Shown piece after piece: positions 18,788 to 27,416 of a stretch of DNA of 50,661 bases (positions within the stretch are counted from its first letter, which is position 1; every line of letters begins with the position of its first letter). The position numbers and the translations under genes were made by a program. The stretch covers positions 1 to 50,661 of the forward strand of contig CAVQXP010000005.1 in assembly GCA_963717935.1 (NCBI GenBank), read 5' to 3'. The DNA is from Candidatus Eiseniibacteriota bacterium (GTDB taxonomy: Bacteria; Eisenbacteria; RBG-16-71-46). The notes under the pieces are model-generated. The model ran no database searches. It saw only the letters and a list, made by a program, of their open reading frames with translations, and was not told the origin of the DNA.

Positions 18788-21760
18788 CTAGCGGATGACC
18801 ACGAACTTGCCACGCTGTATGCCACCGTCCGACTCGACGGTGAAGAGATAGATGCCACTGACGATATCCTGCCCGTTGCGCGAGATCAGGTTCCAGCGAG
18901 CCTGACCGTCGTTGGGATTGTCCTGCTGCCGATTGTACCCCGGCACCGTCGTGCCGCCCGGACCCGGGAGCGCCGTGCGGATGGATTCGTTGACCGCATC
19001 CTCCGACCCGAGCGTCTGCACCAGGTCGCCCGAGACCGTGAAGATCTTGATGGTCCACCTCCCGCGCGGCAACCCCATGAAGTCGACGTGCGTGCCGGTG
19101 GGATCCGATCCGTTGGGCGTCAGGTCCCAGGACGAGGGGCGGTCCGCGATGCTCCGGTAGCCCCGGTACGGGTTCGGCACGACCCAGGCCACCTTCCCTT
19201 CGCGCACCGAGCTCTGAGGCACCACGCCGTCGGACTCCGTCGCCGAGCGGCGCCCCGACAACTCGATCGCCGTCCTGCCGAAACCGGTCGAATCAAAGGC
19301 CGCCACCGAGTAGAAGTAGACGAACCCGTTCTTGACCTCCCGGTCCACGAACCGATAGCGGCCCACCGGGTAGCGCATGCGATGCTCCCGGTTGAGCGGG
19401 TCATCGCAGAACTGCCGCCCGAGGATGCAACCGAAGACCTCGTCGCAGTCACCCGCGCGGTCCAGCGCGCAGCCGATGTCCGACACGTGGATGATCTGGC
19501 CACTCTGCCGGTCCCACAGGTCATCCAGCCGCAAGCAGATGTCCACCGTGGCGGTGTCGATGCAGCCGCTCGGGCAGTGCTCGGACCCCACCGGGTAGTT
19601 GTAGTTGGGCACGAACAGACTCGGGCAGTTCTTGGGGGTGGAATCCGTCTCCGACGTGAATTCGTAGTTCCGCTGGATCAGCCCATCGAGACCGTAATAG
19701 TGGAACTGGCGGAACTCGCCCAGCAGCGACCAGTCGTTGTCGCTCGGCCCCGCCGAACCCACCGGCCGCTGCCAGTTGGCCGCCTTCCACACCCGGTAGC
19801 CGCGGAAATCGAGCCAGCCCGACTTGGGGTCCGGCGTGACCTCCGAGATGTTGTCCCAGGCGAGCGTCACCTGGCCGTCGCCCGCCGGGATGATGCGGGA
19901 TTGATTGTCGGAGTAGTTGTACTGGGCCGCCACGTTCAGATTCGGGTTCGGCGGCGGAGCGTCGGCGTTCCAGGTGCGGTGGAACATGCCGAGTTTCTTG
20001 CGATTGTCGTAGGCTCCGGTGCAGTAGTCGCAGTCGAAGTCGAACCAGTCCACGGGATTCGTGAAGGTCACGGTACGCGACACCTGGTCGTGGCAGTCGG
20101 CGGCCGTGATCGCCCCCTGACCCGCGGTCGGGTGGACCGGCGTCTCGCGGCCGTGGCCGTTCGTGAGCCAGGGCCAGTCGGAACGCTGCTCGTAGATGCC
20201 CTCGTAGGCCACCTGGATGGCGTAGGCGTTGTCGAGCGACGGGTACTTGGAGAGCAGCGCGCCCGACCCGCCCGAGAACCGGTCGCCCAGGAACTGCTGG
20301 TAGTCGGCGGCGAACCTGTTGGCGAGATCCCTGGTCCCACGCGCCACGGTGAACGCGACGGTGACCTGGATGCGCCCGCCGTCGGGCACGGCGAACCACG
20401 GTCCGCAGGACCAGTAAGCCAAGTAGTCGCCCTTCTCCTCGCCCAGGGGCTGATTGATGAGGCCGTCCTCACCGATGTTCGTGCCAGCCGCGCCCGACAT
20501 GAACTCGTAGCGCTGCTGGTCGTTGCGCGGCATGCCCCCACCCGCATACGGCGTAATGCCCGTGAACGAGCGGAACGCCAGGAAGCCCACCCTGCTCGGG
20601 CCCGTGACTCCCAACGGATCGATGCTGTGATCCACCAGCAGGAAGCTCGGGATGCCGGTGGTGAGGTTCAGGTCCCCGTTGTCGTCCACGACCGAAAAGC
20701 CGTTGATGCGGATGTCGTAGTGGGTGCACAAGGACGAGTCGTCCGGGACCCCGTCCGGCGTGCCTCTCACCCTCATGGTCGAGTCCTGGAGCCGCTTGTC
20801 CGACGCGGGCGTCATGTGCGGCAGCACGCAACTCGGGAAGCCGGACAGGTCCTGGTCGTCCGCCCAGTAGCTGGAGGCCACCATCGGACCGCAGTCCATG
20901 TCCACCAGGCCGCCCACGACGAGGCTGTCGAGGACGTGGCCAGAAACGTTGGTGAGGTTGTATTGGACGATGTTGAAGTCCGTGAACCCCGGGATCGAGT
21001 AGGCCCAGGCCATCTGCTGGACTTCGATGCCGAGGGGGACGTGCTTCTCGGCCGCCGTGGCGTTGATCGCCTGCGGCGTGTCGTCACGCATCACGCAGGT
21101 GAAGGTCTGCTGCCCGATGGCTCCGTAGTCCTCGTCGATGCTGCCGTCGAGATCGTTGTCGTACCCGTCCAGGAAGTCCTCGTCGATGCGGGGGTCCCCC
21201 GTCACAGGATCCACGTCCAGGTCATCGTTGTTGAACCGCGCGCCGTTCAGTTTCCCATCGTAGGCCCGGTACATCTTGTCCACCGGGTCGAGCGTCGGCG
21301 GGCGCCACTCGGTGATGGCGCTCACGCGACGGATCGCATTCGGGTCCGTGGCCAGAGGATTCACCGCGCCCACCGCGAGGCCACTGAGGTTCAGGTATTC
21401 GATGCCCGAGGCACCCGGCCACTGCGCGGACGGGTCGTTGGAGACATTGGTCCACGGGTTCCCGAAGACCCCGAAGTTGGTGATCTTCATGAAGACGTTG
21501 CCCACGACGAGCACCGCCCCCGGACCGAAGATGTCGGGGATGTCGGATGGGCGCGCGACTTCCGAGCCCTCGACCGGGAAGTACTCCGGCATGGCCGCCT
21601 TGAACTCGGCCTCCGTCATTCCCTCCGGCGTTCCGTCGAGCGTGCCCTTGCGGAAGAACCGGGGGCCCTGCTCGTCCTGCGCGGTCGCAGCGGTCGCGGC
21701 GAGCAGCAGCAACAGGCCCGCTGCCACGCACAGCCGTCCACGCCAAGCAATCGTTCTCAT
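18788..21760 (-). CDS. Large secreted protein with T9SS-like C-terminal sorting domain (alternative start 21790)
   Basis: Signal peptide (..LLLLAATAATAQ); Asp-rich DNDLDGSIDED; FN3-like PxxP..GDGQVTLAWDN...DFRGYRVWK; C-terminal VVPNPY...F.GLP...IKIFTVSGDLV...WNLISRNGQDIVSGIYLF.V....GKFVVIR. Confidence 0.75.
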   Translation of the reverse strand: MRTIAWRGRLCVAAGLLLLLAATAATAQDEQGPRFFRKGTLDGTPEGMTEAEFKAAMPEYFPVEGSEVARPSDIPDIFGPGAVLVVGNVFMKITNFGVFGNPWTNVSNDPSAQWPGASGIEYLNLSGLAVGAVNPLATDPNAIRRVSAITEWRPPTLDPVDKMYRAYDGKLNGARFNNDDLDVDPVTGDPRIDEDFLDGYDNDLDGSIDEDYGAIGQQTFTCVMRDDTPQAINATAAEKHVPLGIEVQQMAWAYSIPGFTDFNIVQYNLTNVSGHVLDSLVVGGLVDMDCGPMVASSYWADDQDLSGFPSCVLPHMTPASDKRLQDSTMRVRGTPDGVPDDSSLCTHYDIRINGFSVVDDNGDLNLTTGIPSFLLVDHSIDPLGVTGPSRVGFLAFRSFTGITPYAGGGMPRNDQQRYEFMSGAAGTNIGEDGLINQPLGEEKGDYLAYWSCGPWFAVPDGGRIQVTVAFTVARGTRDLANRFAADYQQFLGDRFSGGSGALLSKYPSLDNAYAIQVAYEGIYEQRSDWPWLTNGHGRETPVHPTAGQGAITAADCHDQVSRTVTFTNPVDWFDFDCDYCTGAYDNRKKLGMFHRTWNADAPPPNPNLNVAAQYNYSDNQSRIIPAGDGQVTLAWDNISEVTPDPKSGWLDFRGYRVWKAANWQRPVGSAGPSDNDWSLLGEFRQFHYYGLDGLIQRNYEFTSETDSTPKNCPSLFVPNYNYPVGSEHCPSGCIDTATVDICLRLDDLWDRQSGQIIHVSDIGCALDRAGDCDEVFGCILGRQFCDDPLNREHRMRYPVGRYRFVDREVKNGFVYFYSVAAFDSTGFGRTAIELSGRRSATESDGVVPQSSVREGKVAWVVPNPYRGYRSIADRPSSWDLTPNGSDPTGTHVDFMGLPRGRWTIKIFTVSGDLVQTLGSEDAVNESIRTALPGPGGTTVPGYNRQQDNPNDGQARWNLISRNGQDIVSGIYLFTVESDGGIQRGKFVVIR

Positions 21761-21792
21761 GTTCCCTCGCTGCCTGATCGGCTGGTCCATGG

Positions 21793-24609
21793 CTAGAAGG
21801 TGATGCTCGCGCCGAGCCGCACGCTCCGGCCTTCTTCGTAAACGCGCGGATCCCGGACCGGCACCCAGTCCAACAGGTTATCGCCGTTCATGTCCTGCAG
21901 GTAGGCGCCGCCGGACCGTCCCGTCTCCGTGAAGTAGATCAAGTAATCGTCGCCCGCCCCGTTCACGTACGGGTTGAGGCCGTTCAACCCCCCGAGGTTG
22001 GCGATGTTCTTCGAGTTCAGCACGTTCCTGGCGTCGAAGAACAGCGTCACGTTCTGGCCCCACACCTTGTAATACTTGTCGCCGTCGATGGTGAGCCGCG
22101 CGGACGAGGGCAGCCGTCTCGAGTTGTCCAGCGCAGGATCCGGGCGGCGATCGTTGCGGAAGGACGGCGTGAACGGGAAGCCCGAGCCGTACAGCCACAG
22201 CATGCGGAAGCCCCACTTGCCAGGGTCACGCACCACCGTCTGCACCGAGAGCGTATGCCGCTGGTCCCAGTCCAGGGGTTGCTCGGAGATGGGCAGATAG
22301 AGCCGGCCGCCGTTGAAGAACTGCAGCGCGGTGTTTGGGTCCGAGGCCACGCCGGTCGCAAGCTGGAAGGTGTAGTTCACCTCGGCCGAGAACTTGTGGC
22401 TGAAGCTCTTGATGAGGCTCGTCTCGAAACCCCGCGAGCTGGCGTAGTCACCGTTGAAGTAGACGTTGACCAGGTTGCCGTACTCGTCGCGCTCCTGCCT
22501 CACGGTGATCAGCCCGTAGATGTCCTTGAAGAACACCGAGAACTGGCCCGAGATGTCGCGCGAGAACAGGTGCTGCACGCCCGCCTGGTAGGAGATGTTG
22601 GTCTCGGGCTCCAGGTCCGGGTTGCCACGCACTGCCACGCTGGTCTGCAGGCCGCGGTTCTCGAAGATGAACTGGCGCGCCGGAGTCTGGAAGGTCCACC
22701 CGTAGTGGAACGAGAGCACGTCCTTGTCCGAAACCGGGTAGGCGATGCCGAGGCGCGGGCTGAACTGCTGCTTGTAGCGCTTGCCGCTCTGCAGGTCCTT
22801 GTTGGCGACCTGCAGGCCCGGCGAGAACAAGTCGTAGCGCAGGCCCGCGTTGAGCACGAGCCCCTCGAACTCCCAGCGGTCCTGCACGAACGCGGCGCCT
22901 TCGGGGTTGTAGTTGATGAATTCGGAGCGGGCGCCTCCTGGAAGTCCGTTGGCTTCCGAGTTCGGCAGCGTCAGGGCCAGGTTCGACACCTGGTTGTACT
23001 TGGCCTCGACGCCGGTCTTGACGGTGTGCTGCTTCCAGCGCCGGGTCGAGTAGTCGCTCTTGACGTTCCAGGTGGTCTGGCTGCGCTTGGAATAGAAGGG
23101 CCGGTCGCCGTGCGTCGCGAAGAACGGGTTGTTCTCTGTTCCGTACTGGATGTTACCGCTCCAATAGAAGGGGCTCTGGATCCAGTATTCCCACGGCTGC
23201 TTGCCCCCGACCGAGTTGAGCGTGTTGAAGTTCAGGTTCGCCACGCGGGTGGACCACACCGCCTTGTCCGAGATCTGGTCCGTCCAGACCAAGGTCTGCT
23301 GGTTGAACCGGTCGTCCGTCGTCGCGACATGGTCGGGCATGTTGACGTACTGGTACGAGGAGTCCTTCTGCGTGGGGCTCCACGTGCCGTAGCGGGGCAC
23401 GTAGGTGTCGGGCTGGCCCACGACCTCGGTCGTGTCGTAGTTCACCTGTACATAGCCCTCGCGGCTCCACATGTGGTCGTAGGGCGTGTTGACGGTCCGG
23501 TTGTTGATGGTCTCGAAGGTGACCTTGTTCTTGGGGTTCACCCGGTAGGCCAACTTGAAGTTCGTGTTGACCTGGTTGAACTGCCGGTTGCCCAGCTGGA
23601 CGAAGTCGATGAACGTGCGGCGCGGGTGGCTCATGCTGCTCTTCAGGTACGTATCCGAGAAGCTGCCCTCGTAGGTCGCGAAGTAGGTCAGGTTCTTGAT
23701 CGGGGTCGGACCACCGAAACCGAAGGTGAAACGGTCGAAGTTGTCGAAGGTCCGCCTCGCGTCGCCGAAGCGGTCGGTATCCCAGCGCACCTCACCGCCG
23801 AAGCGCTCGGTGCCTTCCTTCGTGCTGACGATCACCACGCCCGAGAGCGCGTTGCCGAATTCGGCATCGAAGCCGCCTGAGAGCACGTCGGTGCCGGCCA
23901 CGGCCAGCGTGGCGATGTTGGCGCCGCGTCCGAAGAGCGGGTCCGACGCCTCGACACCGTCGAACTGGAATTTCACCTCGCCGCCGCGCCCCCCACGGAA
24001 GTGGAGCTCCCCACCGAACGCCACGATGCCGGCCTTCACCGCCACCGCCTCGCGCAGGTTGTCCACCGGGATCTCCTTGAGCTTGTCCGCGGTGATGGTC
24101 TGCTTGGTGGTCGAGGACTTCGTGTCGATGCGCTTCTGCGCGCTGATCTCGATGGTCTCGAGCTCCTTGACGATCTTCTGATCGCCGAAGGCGAAGTTCA
24201 GCGTGGCGGTGGCCCCGGCGCTCACCACGACCGTCTGCTTCTGCGCGTCGTAGCCGGTGGCGATGGCGCGGACCTCGGTCGGGCCCACCGGGACGCCGAC
24301 GATGACGTAGTTGCCGTTGTCGTCGGCCTGGGTGCCCTGCCTCGTCGCGGGAACGGTCACGTTGGCGAAGGGAATCGCCTCGCCGCGGGCCGTCACCCGG
24401 CCCTCGATCCTGCCGAACGCCGACGCCGCAGGTGCCGTCTTCGGGGCAACCCTTGGCGCGGCCGTAGCCCTCGGAGCGGCCCTCGGAGTCGCCGGCCTCA
24501 CCGGGGGATTGGTCTGCTGTGCGATTGCGGGGACCGACAGGGCAAAGACCAGCACAAGCGCCGAGCCCGCTCGGATCAAACGCCTGCCATCAGAGAACAT
24601 GCGACTCAA
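21793..24609 (-). CDS. TonB-dependent receptor with N-terminal carboxypeptidase-regulatory-like domain
   Basis: GRIEGRVT...IPFANV...G...DDNGNY.I.GVPVG; TonB-box-like LETIEISA; plug LHFRGGR..EV.FQFDG...SGGFDAEFGNALSGVV; FSPRLGIAYP, GNPDLEPE; C-terminal Phe. Confidence 0.92.
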   Translation of the reverse strand: MSRMFSDGRRLIRAGSALVLVFALSVPAIAQQTNPPVRPATPRAAPRATAAPRVAPKTAPAASAFGRIEGRVTARGEAIPFANVTVPATRQGTQADDNGNYVIVGVPVGPTEVRAIATGYDAQKQTVVVSAGATATLNFAFGDQKIVKELETIEISAQKRIDTKSSTTKQTITADKLKEIPVDNLREAVAVKAGIVAFGGELHFRGGRGGEVKFQFDGVEASDPLFGRGANIATLAVAGTDVLSGGFDAEFGNALSGVVIVSTKEGTERFGGEVRWDTDRFGDARRTFDNFDRFTFGFGGPTPIKNLTYFATYEGSFSDTYLKSSMSHPRRTFIDFVQLGNRQFNQVNTNFKLAYRVNPKNKVTFETINNRTVNTPYDHMWSREGYVQVNYDTTEVVGQPDTYVPRYGTWSPTQKDSSYQYVNMPDHVATTDDRFNQQTLVWTDQISDKAVWSTRVANLNFNTLNSVGGKQPWEYWIQSPFYWSGNIQYGTENNPFFATHGDRPFYSKRSQTTWNVKSDYSTRRWKQHTVKTGVEAKYNQVSNLALTLPNSEANGLPGGARSEFINYNPEGAAFVQDRWEFEGLVLNAGLRYDLFSPGLQVANKDLQSGKRYKQQFSPRLGIAYPVSDKDVLSFHYGWTFQTPARQFIFENRGLQTSVAVRGNPDLEPETNISYQAGVQHLFSRDISGQFSVFFKDIYGLITVRQERDEYGNLVNVYFNGDYASSRGFETSLIKSFSHKFSAEVNYTFQLATGVASDPNTALQFFNGGRLYLPISEQPLDWDQRHTLSVQTVVRDPGKWGFRMLWLYGSGFPFTPSFRNDRRPDPALDNSRRLPSSARLTIDGDKYYKVWGQNVTLFFDARNVLNSKNIANLGGLNGLNPYVNGAGDDYLIYFTETGRSGGAYLQDMNGDNLLDWVPVRDPRVYEEGRSVRLGASITF

Positions 24610-24662
24610 CCTCTCAGGTGCGCAGCGACACGGTCAGTGGGTCCAGACCAAACGAACGATGG

Positions 24663-24691
24663 ACGATGCCAAGCCAAGGTCACGCTGTCAA
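24663..24691 (-). promoter_or_regulatory. Putative sigma70 promoter upstream of the TonB-dependent receptor
   Basis: TTGACA-17-CATCGT with TG extension; a second candidate TTGACA-18-GATAGT at 24888-24917. Confidence 0.45.
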
Positions 24692-24964
24692 CGCAATTCC
24701 GGCGACGGAGCCTTCCATCCACTGGAATCATCTGGGGGCTCGCCTGAGTCCGGACGCGCGAAGGACGCGCCACACGCAGGCGGAGATCACGATCGGAGTC
24801 GGCAGATCGAGTGGTGGTTCGGTTCGGCGGGATCGGCACCTGTGGAAATACCGCCGGACGGCGGTGCCCTACGCCCAGTACAGCGGGACTATCCCGCCGA
24901 CCCGGGGGGGTTGTCAAGAGTTCTTTCAGCCCGCCCCCGGTCCCCCCCTGCAGTCCCCGCACGC

Positions 24965-26593
24965 TCAGAAGGCCCACCGCAACATGCTGGCCAGCTGCTG
25001 GCGGCTCGCGCGCGGCTCGGCCGGAGTGCCGTAGTCGGCCCGCAGCCATTCGATCGCATAGCCGGCCTCGAAGGTCCAAGTGGCTCCGGCTGGCCGGATT
25101 CCGAGCCCCAGGGTCATGGTCTGAGCGAGATTCTCGTTCTGCTGGGTGTACTCGTCGAGGTCTTCCCAGCGATACGCGTAGCCGACGCGCCCGGTCAGCA
25201 CCCGGGTGCACCGGTACTCGAATCCAGTCCGGAGGTCCCAGCCCTTCCGCAGCGGGCCCTGCCCGCTCAGCGTCTGCTCCGCCAGGCCCTGCAGCCGGTG
25301 GTACTCGACACCCCACAACCCGCGCCCACCCGGCAACCGCATCGCCAGCCCGCCGCCGGCCTCCCAGGTGCGCTCCTCGGCCTGGTTGTAGGCCACGCTG
25401 TCCGGGAGCATGAGGGAGTCGGCGTTCGAACGGTAGGTGACGATGTTCCGGAAGTAGTTGAACGACGTGAGGTCGTCGATACCTGGAGGCGTGATCAGGA
25501 TCCTGCGGTAGCCGGTCGCCAGCCCGCCACCCAGTTCGAACGGCCCGCGCGTCCAGCGCAACCGCGTGCGCAGGGCCCGTCCGCGCTCTTCACGCTCCAG
25601 GAGCTTGCCCCGCCCCACGAGCGGGTCGGCGCCCACGCCGGCGGAGATGCTGAAGAACCAGCTCTCCTCGGACCGTGAACGCCAATCGCGGCCATCCACG
25701 CCCCACTCCAGGCTGCGCCCCAGGCGTCCGACCAGCGTGGCCTGGCTGGTGTGGTAGGGACGCTTCTCATCGCTCTGCGCGAAACGACGGGGCGCTTCAT
25801 TCTCTCCGTGGATGCTGTTCTGGACGATATCCATGTTCACCGCGGCCTTGAAGGCCCGGCCACGGTCGTAGGCCACGCCCAGCCCGCCGCCCGTGCTGCG
25901 GACCGTGAAATCGGTAGCCGTGAAGAACTCGGGCGGGTCCAGCTCCGGGCCGGTCTGGTCGATGTACTGCCCCTCCGAGTTCTCCAGCAGGCTGCGGTAC
26001 TGGTTCACCGAGGTCTCGCCGGAATAGAAGAGTCGCACGGAGTAGAGCCAGCGGCTCGACTTGAGGTAGGGCACGCGCCCCATCAGCACGGGCATGATCG
26101 TCGGCTGGTTGAGAGTGTTGCGCCGTTCGACCGTCTCCGAGAAGACCTGATCCGTGCGCAGGGACCCGAGATCGCCCGCGATGCCGTATGCCGACGTGCC
26201 GCCCGTGCGGCGCCACATCTCGTAGGCGATCCGGCCCTCCCGCGCCGCGCGGTCCTGCCGCTCGAGGGTGCTGGTGCCGCTCGGGAGATTGTGCACCCTC
26301 GAGAACGAGGAGGTCGCCGGGTACAACTCGGCCGTGTTGGTGCTGTCCGCTTCGAGGATGCCCAGGGGGCTGGCCGCGAAGTCCCACAGCGTGATGGCGG
26401 TGTGGGGGTCGTCCCCCACGAACGTCATCCGGCCCATGCCCAGCAGGCGCGGGCTGCGCTCGATGGCATCGAGGGAGAAGCCGAGTGCGTCGCGTGCCAC
26501 GTCGTAGAACTGCGCATACACGGGCACCGCGAGGGCCGCGAGGAGGAGAATCGAAGTGATCGCGCTCAGCAGAACCCTGCGCCTGGGGCTCAT
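24965..26593 (-). CDS. Hypothetical outer-membrane beta-barrel protein
   Basis: Signal peptide ending VYA; SPRLLGMG (FadL/PorV-like hatch motif); many alternating strands; C-terminal LRWAF beta-signal. Confidence 0.75.
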   Translation of the reverse strand: MSPRRRVLLSAITSILLLAALAVPVYAQFYDVARDALGFSLDAIERSPRLLGMGRMTFVGDDPHTAITLWDFAASPLGILEADSTNTAELYPATSSFSRVHNLPSGTSTLERQDRAAREGRIAYEMWRRTGGTSAYGIAGDLGSLRTDQVFSETVERRNTLNQPTIMPVLMGRVPYLKSSRWLYSVRLFYSGETSVNQYRSLLENSEGQYIDQTGPELDPPEFFTATDFTVRSTGGGLGVAYDRGRAFKAAVNMDIVQNSIHGENEAPRRFAQSDEKRPYHTSQATLVGRLGRSLEWGVDGRDWRSRSEESWFFSISAGVGADPLVGRGKLLEREERGRALRTRLRWTRGPFELGGGLATGYRRILITPPGIDDLTSFNYFRNIVTYRSNADSLMLPDSVAYNQAEERTWEAGGGLAMRLPGGRGLWGVEYHRLQGLAEQTLSGQGPLRKGWDLRTGFEYRCTRVLTGRVGYAYRWEDLDEYTQQNENLAQTMTLGLGIRPAGATWTFEAGYAIEWLRADYGTPAEPRASRQQLASMLRWAF

Positions 26594-26716
26594 GAAAACT
26601 CCTTTCCGGCTGGTCCGGGTCAGAATGGTCCATTCACCGTGCGGAGGAGGACTCTCTCCCGCCTGCCGGGGCGAAAGTGCGCGCGGTCAACGAGGTGCGC
26701 ATGCACGGACCGCACG

Positions 26717-26745
26717 ATACTAGGAACTGGTCACGAACGTGTCAA
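26717..26745 (-). promoter_or_regulatory. Putative strong sigma70 promoter for the outer-membrane cluster
   Basis: TTGACA-17-TAGTAT. Confidence 0.65.
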
Positions 26746-27416
26746 CCGCGGAGCCGGGGCGCAGTTCGGCGCACCCGGGCCCGGCCCACCCGGGACGCGG
26801 CCCCGCCGGGCGCCGAGACACACGGATGCCCCTCGAGGAACCAGCGCCAGTCCCGGTCGAGCGCCACCCGGATCCCGACGCGCGGCCCCCGGGCGATGCG
26901 ATGGCCGCCGCGCCGCGGCGGCAGGTCCGAGAGCCAGAGCGGCCCACCCACCAGATCGACGCCGTCGTGCGCGCGAGTGAGCCCGAGCGCGCGAGCCACG
27001 TTGCCGGGCCCCCGCGCCAACCGGGTGGTGGCGCCCGTGCCGCGCCGCTCGCGCATGAGACCGCTGCCGTCCACCGGCTCCAACGCCCGCACCAGGACGG
27101 CCGAGGCCTTCCCGGCGGTCCCGGTCACCAGGTTCAGGCAGTGGTGCATGCCGTAGGTGAAGTAGACGTAGGCGTGACCGGCCTCGCCGAACATGGCGGC
27201 GTTGCGCGGCGTGCGGCCGCGGCGGGCGTGGCTCGCGGGGTCGTCCGCGCCGCGGTAGGCCTCGGCCTCGACGACGAGGCCGGAAACACGCCCCCGGGGC
27301 GAGTCGTGCACCAGCAGGCGGCCGAGCACGGCGCGGGCGACGACGACCGGATCGCGGGCATAGAAGGCCCGCGGCAGCGGCCTGCCGCGGGCCTTGCCCG
27401 AGGCCGCCTTCCTCAA
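26742..27416 (-). CDS. mpg: DNA-3-methyladenine glycosylase (MPG/AAG family)
   Basis: FY.RD...VAR..LG, VEAEAY.G.DDPASH, AYVYFTYGMHHCLN, AVLVRALEP, GPGN, PRVGI. Confidence 0.93.
   Translation of the reverse strand: MRKAASGKARGRPLPRAFYARDPVVVARAVLGRLLVHDSPRGRVSGLVVEAEAYRGADDPASHARRGRTPRNAAMFGEAGHAYVYFTYGMHHCLNLVTGTAGKASAVLVRALEPVDGSGLMRERRGTGATTRLARGPGNVARALGLTRAHDGVDLVGGPLWLSDLPPRRGGHRIARGPRVGIRVALDRDWRWFLEGHPCVSAPGGAASRVGRARVRRTAPRLRG

Noticed and set aside
17597..21796. 1399-aa plus-strand ORF (also 27416-30025, 37335-39506, 41149-43932, 41267-43780 and similar)
   Set aside because: Antisense or off-frame shadows of real high-GC genes; R/G/V-rich with no motifs.
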